A program made the translations under genes and the position numbers. From Ostrea edulis (Eukaryota), in assembly GCF_947568905.1 (NCBI RefSeq), contig NC_079166.1, forward strand, positions 80,972,001-81,036,000: DNA of 64,000 bases, read 5' to 3'. Positions 14,140 through 27,099 of this stretch are shown piece by piece. The notes under the pieces were generated by a model that saw nothing but the letters and a program-made list of their open reading frames with translations, was not told the origin of the DNA and did not search any database. Numbering within the stretch: position 1 is the stretch's first letter; each line of letters begins with the position of its first letter.

Positions 14140-16130
14140 TCAAAAGACTGAAGCCTTCATATTGTAAATGTGGACATTGGTCACGTGTTCCTTGGAGCAC
14201 AGAAAGTAACTCCCCGTCCCACACGAGTACAGTTTGTAAATGGTGTACTGGCTTTCTTCTTGACCACCTAAATCCACAGTAGGGACTTCACACGACACCC
14301 TGAATCCACAGTAGGGACTTCACCACACGACACCCTGAATCCACAGTAGGGACTTCACACGACACCCTGAATCCACAGTGGGGACTTCACACGAACACAA
14401 CACCCCCCCCCCTGAATCCACAGTAGGGGCTTCACACGACTCCCTGAATCCACAGTAGGGACTTCACACGAACAACCCCTGAATCCACAGTAGGGACTTC
14501 ATGTAGCCCTGTGAAAATTTTGTAAATAACTTTTAAGTTTTATGAATAAAAAGAATTGAATTTGCAATTGATAAGATTGTATAATAAAGTTCTACTAGAA
14601 ACTTATGCCAAAACAATGGCAAGCAGCTTTGATTTTATTTAATTTCCAATTTGATGTAATTAGTATTTTCCCGCCAAAAGTTTGGTGAGCATTTGGCGCC
14701 TCTTATAGTCATGTGACTTTAGACCAGGGTTGGATTTTTTTGATATTGTCCAGTGGGTTTGAAGTGTACAGACGTTTGAGTTTTAGTTATAGTTGGAGTT
14801 ATTTCGCCATCGTGTTGCACCAAAGAAGCTTTGAAATATAGTTTACAGCTTTACTTTTGATAAATATCAAGCCTAAAGTCCATAACTTTGGGCATTTCAA
14901 TTTATTCTATTTGAATGAAATATAAACACGAACTTTTAACAAGGATTTACGCTGTTGTTGTATTTCTATCAACGCATCGTGAGTTACATTCACATGAACA
15001 ACCCCTGAATCCACAGTAGGGACTTCACATGAACAACCCCTGAATCCACAGTAGGGACTTCACATGACCCCCTGAATCCACTGTTGGTATTCCTTCTCAT
15101 TATAGGTGGTTTTATTTTATTTTTTTTCTCATGACGAAGACGATGACAGTGGTGAGGGTGATGATGTTAATGATGATTATGATGATTAACGATTAAGATA
15201 CTTGGTGGTTGATTTGACCCTAGCTTTGAAAACTGCACAGTACAGCACATAACATGCAAAAAACAGAAAATGGTTTACAAAATTAGATTGTGAAGGGATT
15301 TCAGTAAATACATGTACGACTTCGGTAGTACCTACGTGTGCAATCTTAGTTCCTTTGACGGTGATGACATTCAAGTCTAAATATTTACATTTCCAACGTT
15401 TTTGCCTTTGATATCTTTACAAATTGTAATGCCGATAGACATTTCCTCCCGAATGCGTGGGAGTTGTGAACAATGCGCGTATGAATACATGTAATTACAA
15501 TACTTCTATTCTAATGACTGGGAACCCCGGTAGAAATGAATGTATCTTATTTCATAATAATTAATAAATAAGATGAAATGAACTTCTACACTTCCCGCCG
15601 ACATACTTTTCATGAAGCGCTTTATCAACGCGATGCATGAAGTATGAAGGCGTGAAGCATTACTGTTCATAACCCTCATGTACATGTATTTCCAACAAAC
15701 AAACAAAAATTATATCCTAATTATCATTATTATCAGAAAAGACAAGTCGCTATCTGTTTGACATCAATATTTTCCCAGATATGCTGAAATCAAAAACTTA
15801 TCATGAAAATGCCCGCCCAAAACAACAATAATGTAGAGTGTCTGCTGGCGACGAGATGTATAGACTGACCTACAAGATCTGCCACAGATCTACATCTCTC
15901 ATGCAGATGTTCCTCGAGAAAAATTATTTCAGAAAATATTTTCACGCTTCTTGAAATGCATGTAGTTTGCAAAGGAAGACAACTCTTATCTAATATCCGC
16001 CTGTTTCTTTAACGTTAGTGACTACAATCGTTGTCTGAATTAAAGTGACCACTTAACTATCTTCGTTATAATGTCAGTGACCTCTCTTGATGCCTTTGTT
16101 ATTGATTTTGAGTATTCCACATGTAGCTCT
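14140..16130 (-). CDS. Candidate exons of an unidentified gene
   Basis: Open, phase-compatible segments 16130-16082, 15989-15870 (DKSCLPLQTTCISRSVKIFSEIIFLEEHLHERCRSVADLV) and a terminal exon 14267-14140 (GQEESQYTIYKLYSCGTGSYFLCSKEHVTNVHIYNMKASVF*). Some splice sites are weak and no homology is recognised. Confidence 0.2.
14270..14500. repeat. ~31-bp minisatellite (ccctgaatccacagtagggacttcacacgaca); further copies at 14995-15085
   Basis: The array is split by ~490 bp of unrelated sequence. Confidence 0.9.
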
Positions 16131-16959
16131 CTGTAAAAGATCGCCCACTAATTTCAACAACAAAAAACCCAGAACCACGTAAAACAGCTCATACATCAAT
16201 GGAACTGCATTCAGTATGAATTCTATCGACAAAATTAAGTTGTAAATTCTGAGTTTTTATATCATAAAGAGCGAGAGAAAAAATCATTTGAATGGTGATG
16301 CATTAAACTATATAGATTAGGCGGGAAAATTCTGCAAATACGGATCTTTGTTGCGTAATGTCTGTCTAAGACAAAATGATGGTGGAATACATTATCGTTC
16401 TCCTAAACAATATGATTTATTTCAAGCTTTGTAGAGAGCAATCAGTTTTCAAGCAAATCTACTGTATAACGACATCACGAGGTCTTAAAGATGTCAATTT
16501 GATACGAGACAATCCCACACTAAGGATGAAATGTTCATCACTGAAATTATATCAATTCATAAATTAATATGTCACGGATATCTATATAGAAAGTAAGTCT
16601 ATATAAAACTACGGCGATATACGAAGATCAATTTAAAAAAATCTCTAATCGACCGGACAAATTGGGTTTTTTTTTTGTGCAAACTGATCAATTCTTGACG
16701 TGGACAAATAACTCTTTCGAACAAATGAATTCAAATTCGTCCGAAATGAAGAACTAATTCGTCCACACGATTTAAAAATATTTTCTGTAAGTGCCGCTTG
16801 GACGCTGCATTATTATTCCCAGGGTTCCCTGTACCTCAGTTCTGAGAGTTGTTATTTTTCTCCTTTAAAAAAAATCTTTTTTTTTTTTTTTTTATCTTGT
16901 TAGGATTTATGAAGTTGATCACTTCCCGCCATTTTCACATGACACATATTCAGTAGATT

Positions 16960-17011
<52 letters not shown>

Positions 17012-17799
17012 CCGTTTAAGTCCTAACCAAAGTACAAAGACGAAAAATATGGATGTCATTTTAACACACAACACACGCATTTTTGCATTGGTAATACAAT
17101 TTAATTGTTGTTTAGCCTTTTTGAGATTAGAATTAGTTTGTTTTCGATTATTGATTTTTAATAAAAGAACATGCACAAGTTTGGGGACCATTAAACTTAC
17201 AATCTAAACTGTAGCTTGTGAACTCTCTCCGGAAAATCCGAAACTGTGATCGTAGACGACGTTCTGTTGTTTTCACCCACCAAGAAATCTAAATCTGAAT
17301 ATTTTTAGAATGTTTTCAAGGAAAAGATAACACTGATCCCTGTAGGTTGTGTTTGCATTTCACATGCCAAGCTTATTCTCAAATCGTCCAAGTAAGTTAT
17401 CATTGATGCAGATAGATAATCTATACTTTTCGGAATTCGTTGACAGCATTGTAGAAGTTACAATGTACATCTTTTATTTGTTACATGTAAGATAAAAATG
17501 AAAACTCAGCAATTCTTCCAAAGTATTTGTTACCTCGAGTTTCTCCATCAACCAGATAATTCGTCCACCTTGCACGATAAAATCAGTTCTTCCGAAAACG
17601 TGCTTCCATTGATAACTTTTCAATTAGTGAGAAATAAACCTCAAAGCAATTAATTCAAAGCAAGAAATGTCCTTAATTTCTATACAGGATGCTATCACTC
17701 GCGAATGAATCTGATTTGGAATCACAGAAAAGCATTTCAAAATAAAAGAGTCAATCACTAGGGAAGAATAAATCACAATAAATATTGGGTTTTTTTCCA

Positions 17800-18592
17800 C
17801 TACACTGTAAACCTTAGAAAGTTGCACGGTAAACCTTAGACAGAAAGTTACACTGTAAACCTTAGACAGAAAGTAACACTGTAAACCTTAGATAGAAAGC
17901 TGCACTGTAAACCTTAGAAAGTTATACTGTAAACCTCAGATAGAAAGTTACACTGTAAACCTTAGACAGAAAGTTACACTGTAAACCTTAGACAGAACGT
18001 AACACTGTAAACCTTAGACAGAAAGTAACACTGTAAACCTTAGACAGAAAGTTACACTGTAAACCTTAGATAGAAAGCTGCACTGTAAACCTTAGACAGA
18101 AAGTAACACTGTAAACCTTAGACAGAAAGTAACACCGTAAACCTTAGAAAGTTATACTGTAAACCTTAGACAGAAACTTACACTGTAAACCTTAGATAGA
18201 AAGTTGCATTGTAAACATCAGACAGAAAGTTACACTGTAAACTTTAGACAGAAAGTTACACTGTAAACATCAGACAGAAAGTTACACTGTAAACATCAGA
18301 CAGAAAGTTACACTGTAAACCTTACACAGAAAGTTACAATGTAAACCTTAGACAGGAAGTTGCACTGTAAACCTTAGACAGAAAGTTACAATGTATACCT
18401 CAGCAGAAAGTTACAATGTAAACCTCAGCAAAAAGTTACACTGTAAACCCCAGACAGACAGTTACACTGTAAACCTCAGACAGAAAGTTACAATGTAAAC
18501 CTCAGACAGAAACTTACACTGTAAACCTTAGACAGAAACTTACACTGTAAACCTTAGACAGAAACTTACACTGTAAACCTTAGACAGAAAGT
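17800..18592. repeat. 26-bp minisatellite (acactgtaaaccttagacagaaagtt)
   Basis: About 30 tandem copies. Confidence 0.95.
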
Positions 18593-19841
18593 TTAATATG
18601 TACCATACATACGTATATCATATACCTAGTAGTGTATCAGCCCTGATACACCTATCTTGGCTAGGGTGGGGCGGTTGCAAGTAGGTAGGGCTGTCTCGCC
18701 CTAAGGGCCGAGATATCTCTGTCTCGGCCCGTTGTCAAGGGGCTGTCTCGCCCTCAAATTTTAAATGGCTATTTCTTCTTTAATCTTTTGAAATCTAACA
18801 TAACTACATGAAAAAATGATGTTAGACACAATTTTTTTCAAATATAATACTTTCTTCCACGACAAAATTTAATTTAAGCAGAAAAATTAAATAAAAACGT
18901 TTTCAAAAACAGCGCTAAATCGTAGCGAGTATCTAAGCAAAGGGGGGTAACCCAAGTAACAATTGTTTATTTAGAACAATAACACGTTTAACTTCATTTA
19001 AAAACAATCAACGTTCTAGGCGACAAAAAATAGTAGGAGGATTATGGAGGTTGAAACTAAAGCATTATTAGAAATTCCCGGTCCTAATGGAGATCAAAAT
19101 GTTAATTTACGGTAATTTTGATGTAGAAAACTGCTTTAAAACGATTTCTGAAATCTAAAATCCCGAGGACTTGGCAATAAAAGGAGAAAAGCAGAACCAA
19201 TATCTTCCGACGTTTTTCAACGACTTATAGATGCTAAACAGATGGGAAACGGTAAAAAAAAAACTTACTTCAGTATAATGTAACATTCCCTAATCAAATA
19301 AATAGCGGCATCAGATCTGTAAACATTCCCGTTCATACGATGACGCCACGTAAACAAAGTTCTACAACTCTTACAAATTATATGAAATAATGAAAACGGG
19401 CGAGTTTGGTAAATCCGAAAAAAGAAATCAAAATAATTCACTTATTTCCAATTTTAGTATTCATAAGCAAGCCCCTAGGAGCTGCTTAATAGAATATACA
19501 TGTACATGAACAGCACAGCGATAAATATGACGAGTTTCTCAGCCAAGCAGTTCAGTTAATTGAAACGTCCAGATTCTAGACCACATGAGGGGATGTCCAT
19601 GATTAATCATCCAATTATTGTGACCAGCAGTGGAATAAAGCTACAAAACTCAGACTTTAGCATGTTTCACAATGCCAATAGTACTGGAAACATAACCATT
19701 AAAGTAAACTCACTGAAGGAATAAAATAGTCAAATATCGTTGTACAGTATACCATGTATTTATGTTTGGGTCAATACCCCCCACCCCAATTTTTAAAAAG
19801 ATGTTTATCAACTTGTTGTGTTTTAGGTATATGATATAAAC

Positions 19842-19937
19842 AATATCACACTCTAATGTTGATCTCGGACCTGGGATTGCCCTTGAGTGATCTCGGGGCC
19901 AATCCCAGGTCCGAGATCAACATTAGAGTGTGATATT
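19842..19937. repeat. Palindrome, ~37-bp perfect arms
   Basis: aatatcacactctaatgttgatctcggacctgggattg / caatcccaggtccgagatcaacattagagtgtgatatt. Confidence 0.9.
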
Positions 19938-21619
19938 CTATATTTATACATGTTTGTGTGATGTTTATATCATGTGTACATTTTGTACATTTATGTTATG
20001 TATATTTGTTTGTATAATGTTTACTATAATTATGTACATGTATGTTATATATACATATCTGTTTATCTATCATACACATTTATTCTAAAAATATCACTTA
20101 TTTATATATCATAGGTATATATTCATTATCCATTGTGTGCTTAACTTATGTGTGATATTTATGCTGAAGTTCATTTATACTAAAATATGATATGCTAGTT
20201 TCACTGCATGGATTATCTGTAATCAATATTTTGGAGTGATTTAATTTTTGTATGACAGTTTACTTTTGAATTTACAGAATACTTTAAATCCTTGTAGATT
20301 TATTTTCTCTTTACAGTTACTGTTAAAGTTGGAAGCTTACTCAATGAAATATCCCTAGAGAAAACTCTGGTGAAATCTAATAGTTTTTTTTTTTTTTTTT
20401 TTTTTGGTTGTTTTTTTTTCAGAAAGAGATTAATGTTTGTATTTCACAATTTCGTTGTTTTGATTTTTGTGTTCCCGATTTTTAAAAATTAACTTATTTT
20501 TTATTTGCATAAAAAAGCCTATAAATCCCGTACATATTTCTTCTTCTGATGTTGATAAATGACGCATATTTCAAATCTTTGACAGTTTACAAAAAGATCG
20601 GAGATTTAGGATTTGCCAGCTGTGAATTATCGAAAACTCTGCATTTAAATCTCAAAAATTGTCTGTGTTTTCTCATTCCAGGTAATTAATGATGATGTTA
20701 CCCATCGGATCCAGTGTCATGATAATTGTTGGAGAAAATTAATACGTAATGACAATGTCTAAGTGGCTACACGTTATATCTTTATAAAACATCTGACGTA
20801 TTTCTTATCATTTTCCAATCTTATTAAAAACAGATCTTTGATCCGCCCCAATATTCTCATGTCGCTAATACAAAGTATTTTGTACTAGCTACATCCGAAT
20901 ATCGAAACAGATCAAAGATCTGGCCTCCAAAATTGCAAAGCATTTTGTATCAGCGACATTAGAATATCGGAGCGGATCAAAGATCTTGTTTTAATCAGCT
21001 TGATCATTTTCACTTTAACATCTATTCCATAGATTTCTGTTGAAGCTAAGTGTTGTTCTGATTCAACGTTAAGAATATCGTAGAACAGATTATTATCCAT
21101 ATCTTAATATCTGTTGGCTCTGAATATCTGTCGGCACAACAGAAATGATAGAACTCAATATTGCTTAATCATTTTAGAAAGAGGAGGAACATTTCGGGGT
21201 AGGGGGCACATGCACTTGTTTTTGTAAATAAGGTATGACCTCTGTATACTAGTAATAACACACGTTATTATACAGAGGTCATAACTTAACTACAGGAACA
21301 AGTGCCCGTTGTAGGGGGGATGTCATTGTCAACCTTTATGATATACCCTAATATGCTCTTAATATTCGTGAAGGATTTAAATTCGCAAATATGTGACGAA
21401 ATCATCGAAAATTGTGCCCCTCCCCCTACGAAAATTAAAAGTTCAGCAGAATCTACTAACAGCTTAAGAGAGTTGAAATCAACAGTACACCCGGGAAATA
21501 CACAACACACAAGTTGATATAGAATTACATGAACACTGTATGTTGCTTGGGGTCGGGGTAATATAGCTCTAACGTTTTCTCACATACAGGCCACATACGG
21601 ATACAGGTGATTTATTAGC

Positions 21620-22215
21620 CCGGATATCAGTCAGGGATCGGAGATATTAGTCAGGGATCGGAGATGTTAGTCAGGGATCAGAGATGTTAGTCAGGGATCG
21701 GAGATGTTAGTCAGGGATCGGAGATATTAGTCAGGGATCGGAGATGTTAGTCAGGGATCGGAGATATTAGTCAGGGATCGGAGATGTTAGTCAGGGATCG
21801 GAGATGTTAGTCAGGGATCGGAGATATTAGTCAGGGAGGGAGATATCAGTGACACGGATATTAGTCAGGGATCGGAGATGTTAGTCAGGGATCGGAGATG
21901 TTAGTCAGGGATCGGATATGTTAGTCAGGGATCGGAGATGTTAGTCAGGGATCGGAGATGTTAGTCAGGGATCGGAGATATTAGTCAGGGAGGGAGATAT
22001 CAGTGACACGGATATTAGTCAGAGATCGGAGATGTTAGTCAGGGATCGGAGATGTTAGTCAGGGATCGGATATATTAGTCAGGGGTCGGAGATGTTAGTC
22101 AGGGATCGGAGATATTAGTCAGGGATCGGAGATGTTAGTCAGGGATCGGAGATATTAGTCAGGGAGGGAGATATCAGTGACACGGATATCAGTCAGGGAT
22201 CGGATATATCAGTGA
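21620..22215. repeat. 20-bp minisatellite (gttagtcagggatcggagat) with higher-order structure
   Basis: About 29 copies; the variant block gagggagatatcagtgacacggat recurs at ~21835, ~21990 and ~22160. Confidence 0.95.
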
Positions 22216-22609
22216 CTAACACCCAGGCTTCTGGAGGATGAGAAACAAACACTATGTCTCTGTTGTAACTCTACAAGCCATGCAAACAAAATACCTCTGT
22301 ATCATCATCAAATTAATATTCCACTTAGCAGAAAATCAACTGGATCCTGTAATAGAATTTCCGATACGACTGCTGGCAATGTACCTGGTTACCGACTATA
22401 AAACTAAACATGTAATATCATATTTATTTTATATTCACCGTTTCGTGGTAAAGAAGGGTTTTACACATCATTAAACATTACGTAATCTCTGTGATAAAGA
22501 GGTTTTACACATCATTAACTATTACGTAATCTCTGACTGTTCAACCTCCCAGTGTATCATGCTACATTGAAATGCTTTTAATGGTTTTTTTGTGTCCGAA
22601 ATGTGGAAT

Positions 22610-22822
22610 ACTCCAATCAGAAGTACTGCTCAAATCAGAAGTACTACTCCAATCAGAGGTACTGCTCAAATCAGAAGTACTACTCCAATTAGAGGTACTG
22701 CTCATATCAGAAGTATTGCTCAAATCAGAAGTACTACTCCAATCAGAGGTACTGCTCCAATCAGAGGTACTACTCCAATCAGAAGTACTACTCAAATCAG
22801 AAGTACTACTCAAATCAGAAGT
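22610..22822. repeat. 18-bp minisatellite (aatcagaagtactactcc)
   Basis: Tandem copies seen directly. Confidence 0.9.
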
Positions 22823-22981
22823 ACACAAATACGTGTACGTCTACCGCTGCAGCTTTTCTTTTATGGATTTTTATGTTTATATCCAAATTTTACAGAAGAA
22901 TGATTTTCTCGTTGGTTAATCTCAATTATACGGTAACCTTTACCTTCCCGCACAAATTATCTAGTCTCCTCCCCTTTATTA

Positions 22982-22983
<2 letters not shown>

Positions 22984-23061
<78 letters not shown>
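22984..23061. repeat. (CT)n microsatellite
   Basis: Seen directly. Confidence 0.95.
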
Positions 23062-23066
<5 letters not shown>

Positions 23067-23102
23067 AGAGCACAATCAGTCAAACTGATGTATTTGATAC
23101 AT

Positions 23103-23325
23103 TATACAGGTTTAATTTGGTCCCATGTTTTTTATTTTCGCCTCTCTACACTTGAAGACGGTTTCGCGCCGATTTAAATTTAACTGAATAAAGTTGTGTT
23201 AAAAGAGAGATACATAACCGTACTGGAAGAAAGAAAAAGTTTCGCCCAGTCGTATTCGCCCTCTGACAACAAAGGCGAAAAGGGGCGAAAATAAAACGAG
23301 GGCGAATATTCCCCTGCACACAGTA
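23103..23325. mobile_element. Degenerate MITE with ttcgcc/ggcgaa internal motifs
   Basis: 3' end ggcgaatattcccctgcacacagta; the 5' end is decayed. Confidence 0.5.
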
Positions 23326-23361
23326 TAAGAAACTTCATGTAGATTCCTGTTTTGTTAACAC

Positions 23362-23517
23362 CAGTGGCGTAGCTTCCATTGAGGCAACCGAGGCAGCTGC
23401 CTCGGTAAAAAAAAAAAAAAACCCACCTTTTACGTTGTTAAAATGTCGATAGCTTTTAGGGGCTGCGCCCCCAAGACCCCCTGCCTCGGTAATATTCGAA
23501 CCCAAGCTACGCCTATG
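23362..23517. mobile_element. Short TIR element (cagtggcgtagc ... gctacgcctatg)
   Basis: Imperfect inverted termini. Confidence 0.6.
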
Positions 23518-25355
23518 AACACTGTGACCCCTAGGTTCCCGACAGGGACACACTCTTCGAAAATCTCAACAGACCCAGAAGGGTATTTCAAATTGAAATG
23601 CAGAAGTTTATACAAAGTGCAGATTAAAGTTTATTCACTCTAAACAAGGGCCTCTTTGGTGAGGGGGAAGACATGTATAATGAACTACACGGGAACGTAC
23701 GGTTCGGGTGAGTGATATCCAAGGGCGACTCGTTTGATTTTGTCAATCAAAGAATATCATGAATTTTAATTGACCAATTACTAATTTGTACAACAGGTTG
23801 AACAGCTGTTAAAATAGATATACATGTATCAAAAAGTGATGGCTGTTGAAATTTTTTCAAGAGTTATGTTTCTTTAAATGTGCACCATCTTTACTTTCAC
23901 AGAATCATTTCATTGCACAAATGGGTAAACGATATGATACAATGTATTTTAGTACTAAATCTAGTTTGTATTTTTAATAAATATATAAAATTATCGACGA
24001 TAAAATGCCTTTCTTTGTTGTTTTATCGGGTGATAGAAAGCATTTATCAAAATTGTATGTACATACACCGACACGAGATGATATGCACCTTTACTCGGGA
24101 GTATGAGCAACATGGGGCGGATCGAGAAATTTTTGCCGCAATCCAATGTCAATGATCCAGCTGGTGATATTGATGTTTGTGCATGGTAACGTGCATGTTT
24201 ATGTTGTAACAGTTTTACTATATTAATCTTTCATCATTACCAACAGCGGCAATCAGCGATGTGCATTGTAAGAAAATAAATGAATTCACAGAACAGGACA
24301 TCTGATACCCCCCCTCCCTGTATTTTTTTTTTTTATAATGTTCAATTTCTTATGTATTTCGGATCAAATATTCAACTTCAGAGGTTATAATTTATTTCAA
24401 TGGTATACACAAACCTCGCATATAGAAACCGTTTTAAAAATGTCATACATTGTATCATCGATCATAATAGTCCATTCCTGTGAGTCCTATTTGATCAGAA
24501 ACATTATTTTGTTGATTCTTTATTTATCAATAATTAATATTCAGTACTAATCGGCATAGATTATCGTTTAGAATGTCCCGTCAGAAGTAGAGAAACTAGT
24601 TGAGTATACTCCATCGACTTTGTGATATTTTTATTATACTACTACTTGTGTAGATTTTTATATACTTATTTATGGATATTATACATGTATATATATATAT
24701 TCCAAATAGAAAGAGTTGATATCACACAATCAAAATAATTGAATAAAAAAGGAGGGAAATATGTGGCTCCAAAATATATTCAAATCATTAACGCTTTCTG
24801 GATTTTAACATCCATCCTCAAGTGAATACAAATATTGAATACCCATTCATTATTTGATATTCGATATTTATATTCATCTGAGGATGGGTGTTAAAATCCA
24901 CAAAGCGCTAGTGATTTGAATATATTGTGGAACTGCATATTTTCCTGCTTATTTATTTAATTATAGAGAGAGAGAGAGGGGGGGGGGGACTCCTGCGTGC
25001 CATTAAAGCAATGGATACCTTAAACACCGACGCATTCCCAATGTCCAACAACACGTGACATTACCGATTATACAAATCGCCCATCAGACACCCATGTGTC
25101 TATCGTTTTTCTGCCCCATAGACAGACAACCTTTAGAAACAGTTGTTCCTAAGCTGGTGACTGATACGTACAGTTATTAAAATCTTTTCTCCGAGGGAAA
25201 AGTCATCTGGACCTCTTAGGCGGCTTATATACGAGGTTTGTTTTCCACCCGGCGGTCAGACAGACGGACAACGGATTAACGGCAGTCAGAAAACTAATCT
25301 AATAAACAAAGACACAGACAATTAAATCACAAATTTTATTGTTCATTAATTCCAT

Positions 25356-25808
25356 TTACACATTCTGCATAGAAGATTGGATACAAAGAAGCATGTTGTC
25401 AATTTCTGCTGAAACACAGCTATCAAACACCTCGTCACTTAAGCCGGTGTCGACATCAGTACCTTTGTCTTCAGGATCGATGATGATACTTTTTATGTAT
25501 CTTCTATCTGAAATGAAAATATAAATTGACAGATATATAGTCAGATATAAACAAAGAAATGTTTGTATGTGCATAGTTCATGAAGAATTTATATGTTGCA
25601 ATGGAGTTTCAAAACATTTTGCTTTTATTGACTTTTAAAACAATTATTAGCAATGCTTGTGCTATGTAAAATCAGAAAAACCTAATGCCTGAAATAGGCC
25701 GTCTATTAATTTTGTACGGTTTATAAATACATAATATGTACCTCTCTTGTTCCACCATTTGTAGGCCTCCATGATCCCCATCACGAACCAAGACGCACAG
25801 GGAAACAT
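25356..25808 (-). CDS. Putative 72-aa microprotein gene, copy A (2 coding exons)
   Basis: join(25808-25742, 25507-25356) gives MFPCASWFVMGIMEAYKWWNKRDRRYIKSIIIDPEDKGTDVDTGLSDEVFDSCVSAEIDNMLLCIQSSMQNV*. GT-AG intron, upstream UTR-exon donor at 25943, AATAAA downstream. It differs from copy B almost only at silent sites. Confidence 0.7.
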
Positions 25809-26072
25809 CTTAAATCAACCCTAAAATGTAATTATGAAGAAAAAACCCATGAAAATGGAAAAACTGCGCGTTTTGAGTAACAAGGACATTTGGAATGGTT
25901 TCTGAGATGACTGATCTGACTAATGGTGTATGGCAATACTTACAGTGGCGGAGCTGATGAACAGTCTATTTATTTATCCACAATGTCAATATCTTCACAA
26001 TGTGGAAATCTTCACACTCAAATATTCCAGATATTCTCAGGACAATGCTTTGTTCTGATGATTGTAAGTAAC

Positions 26073-26255
26073 TATATAGCTTACTTACCAGTGATTATGA
26101 CGTTATAAGTATTATGACGTCACAATGATCCCCGAAAAGGAGGAGTTTACTTCGGGTTTTTTTTTTTAAAGAACAATGTGACGTCATAATGCTTGTTACG
26201 TCATAATCACTGGTACGTCAGCCATAGCTACTACCAACATTTTGCTGGGTATATA
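26073..26255. promoter_or_regulatory. Mirrored bidirectional promoter: TATA-like - CRE - CRE - TATA-like
   Basis: TGACGTCA at 26115-26122 and 26179-26186; variant sites TGACGTTA at 26098 and TTACGTCA at 26196; TATATA at 26073 and 26250. All are placed symmetrically between the two microprotein genes. Confidence 0.5.
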
Positions 26256-26473
26256 GCTAGTGAAAACATTTTTACTCTGAAGATATTGGCATTGTGGACT
26301 ATTAATTAAACCATCTGTTGCTCATCGCCGTCACTGTAAGTACTTTTTACACACCGTTAGTCCGATCAACCATTCCAAATTCCAATGTTACTCAGATTCC
26401 ATGATGTTCTTATCTTCATGTTCCTTTATGAAATACCAACTTGCAGAACTTTATATTTTAGAGTTGATTTAAG

Positions 26474-27099
26474 ATGTTTCCCTGTGCTTCTTGGTTCGTG
26501 ATGGGGATTATGGAGGCCTACAAATGGTGGAACAAGAGAAGTAAGTATTATGTATTGATAAGCCATACAGATGGGTGCTCAATTTTTTTTTTATGAAACA
26601 AACTTCCGTGTAGTTCATCAAATACATGGCATAGTATGGATTCATCTAGTTATTAAATGCTTTCCAGCCAGCACAGCATATAAATTAATTATTTAAGTCG
26701 ACATGTACAGCATATATTTTTTATTTTTCAACTGTTTAGTACAACTATGCAACATTTTTAACTGGTGGGTGGATTTTACTTAATTGCAGAACTCTACAAA
26801 CATTATATTTAGCACTCGGTAAAAGAAATGAAATACCCCCTCCCCCCTCCCCCCTTGAGAGCTACAATTCTTTAGCTAGACTGATATCTGTAGTTTTGAT
26901 ATCTTACACTATGATAATAACTGTATCAATTTATATTTTCATTTCAGATAGAAGATACATAAAAAGTATCATCATCGATCCTGAAGACAAGGGTACTGAT
27001 GTCGACACCGGCTTAAGTGACGAGGTGTTTGATAGCTGTGTTTCAGCAGAAATTGACAACATGCTACTTTGTATCCAATCTTCTATGCAGAATGTGTAA
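26474..27099 (+). CDS. Putative 72-aa microprotein gene, copy B (2 coding exons)
   Basis: join(26474-26540, 26948-27099) gives the same protein with N at residue 23. AAG|ATG context has an in-frame upstream TGA. Donor GTAAGT at 26541, acceptor ttttcatttcag at 26947, UTR-exon donor GTAAGT at 26336, AATAAA at ~27115. Confidence 0.7.

Noticed and set aside
16700-17830. Small exon candidates on both strands
   Set aside because: Conflicting strand and phase solutions; cannot be resolved without transcripts.
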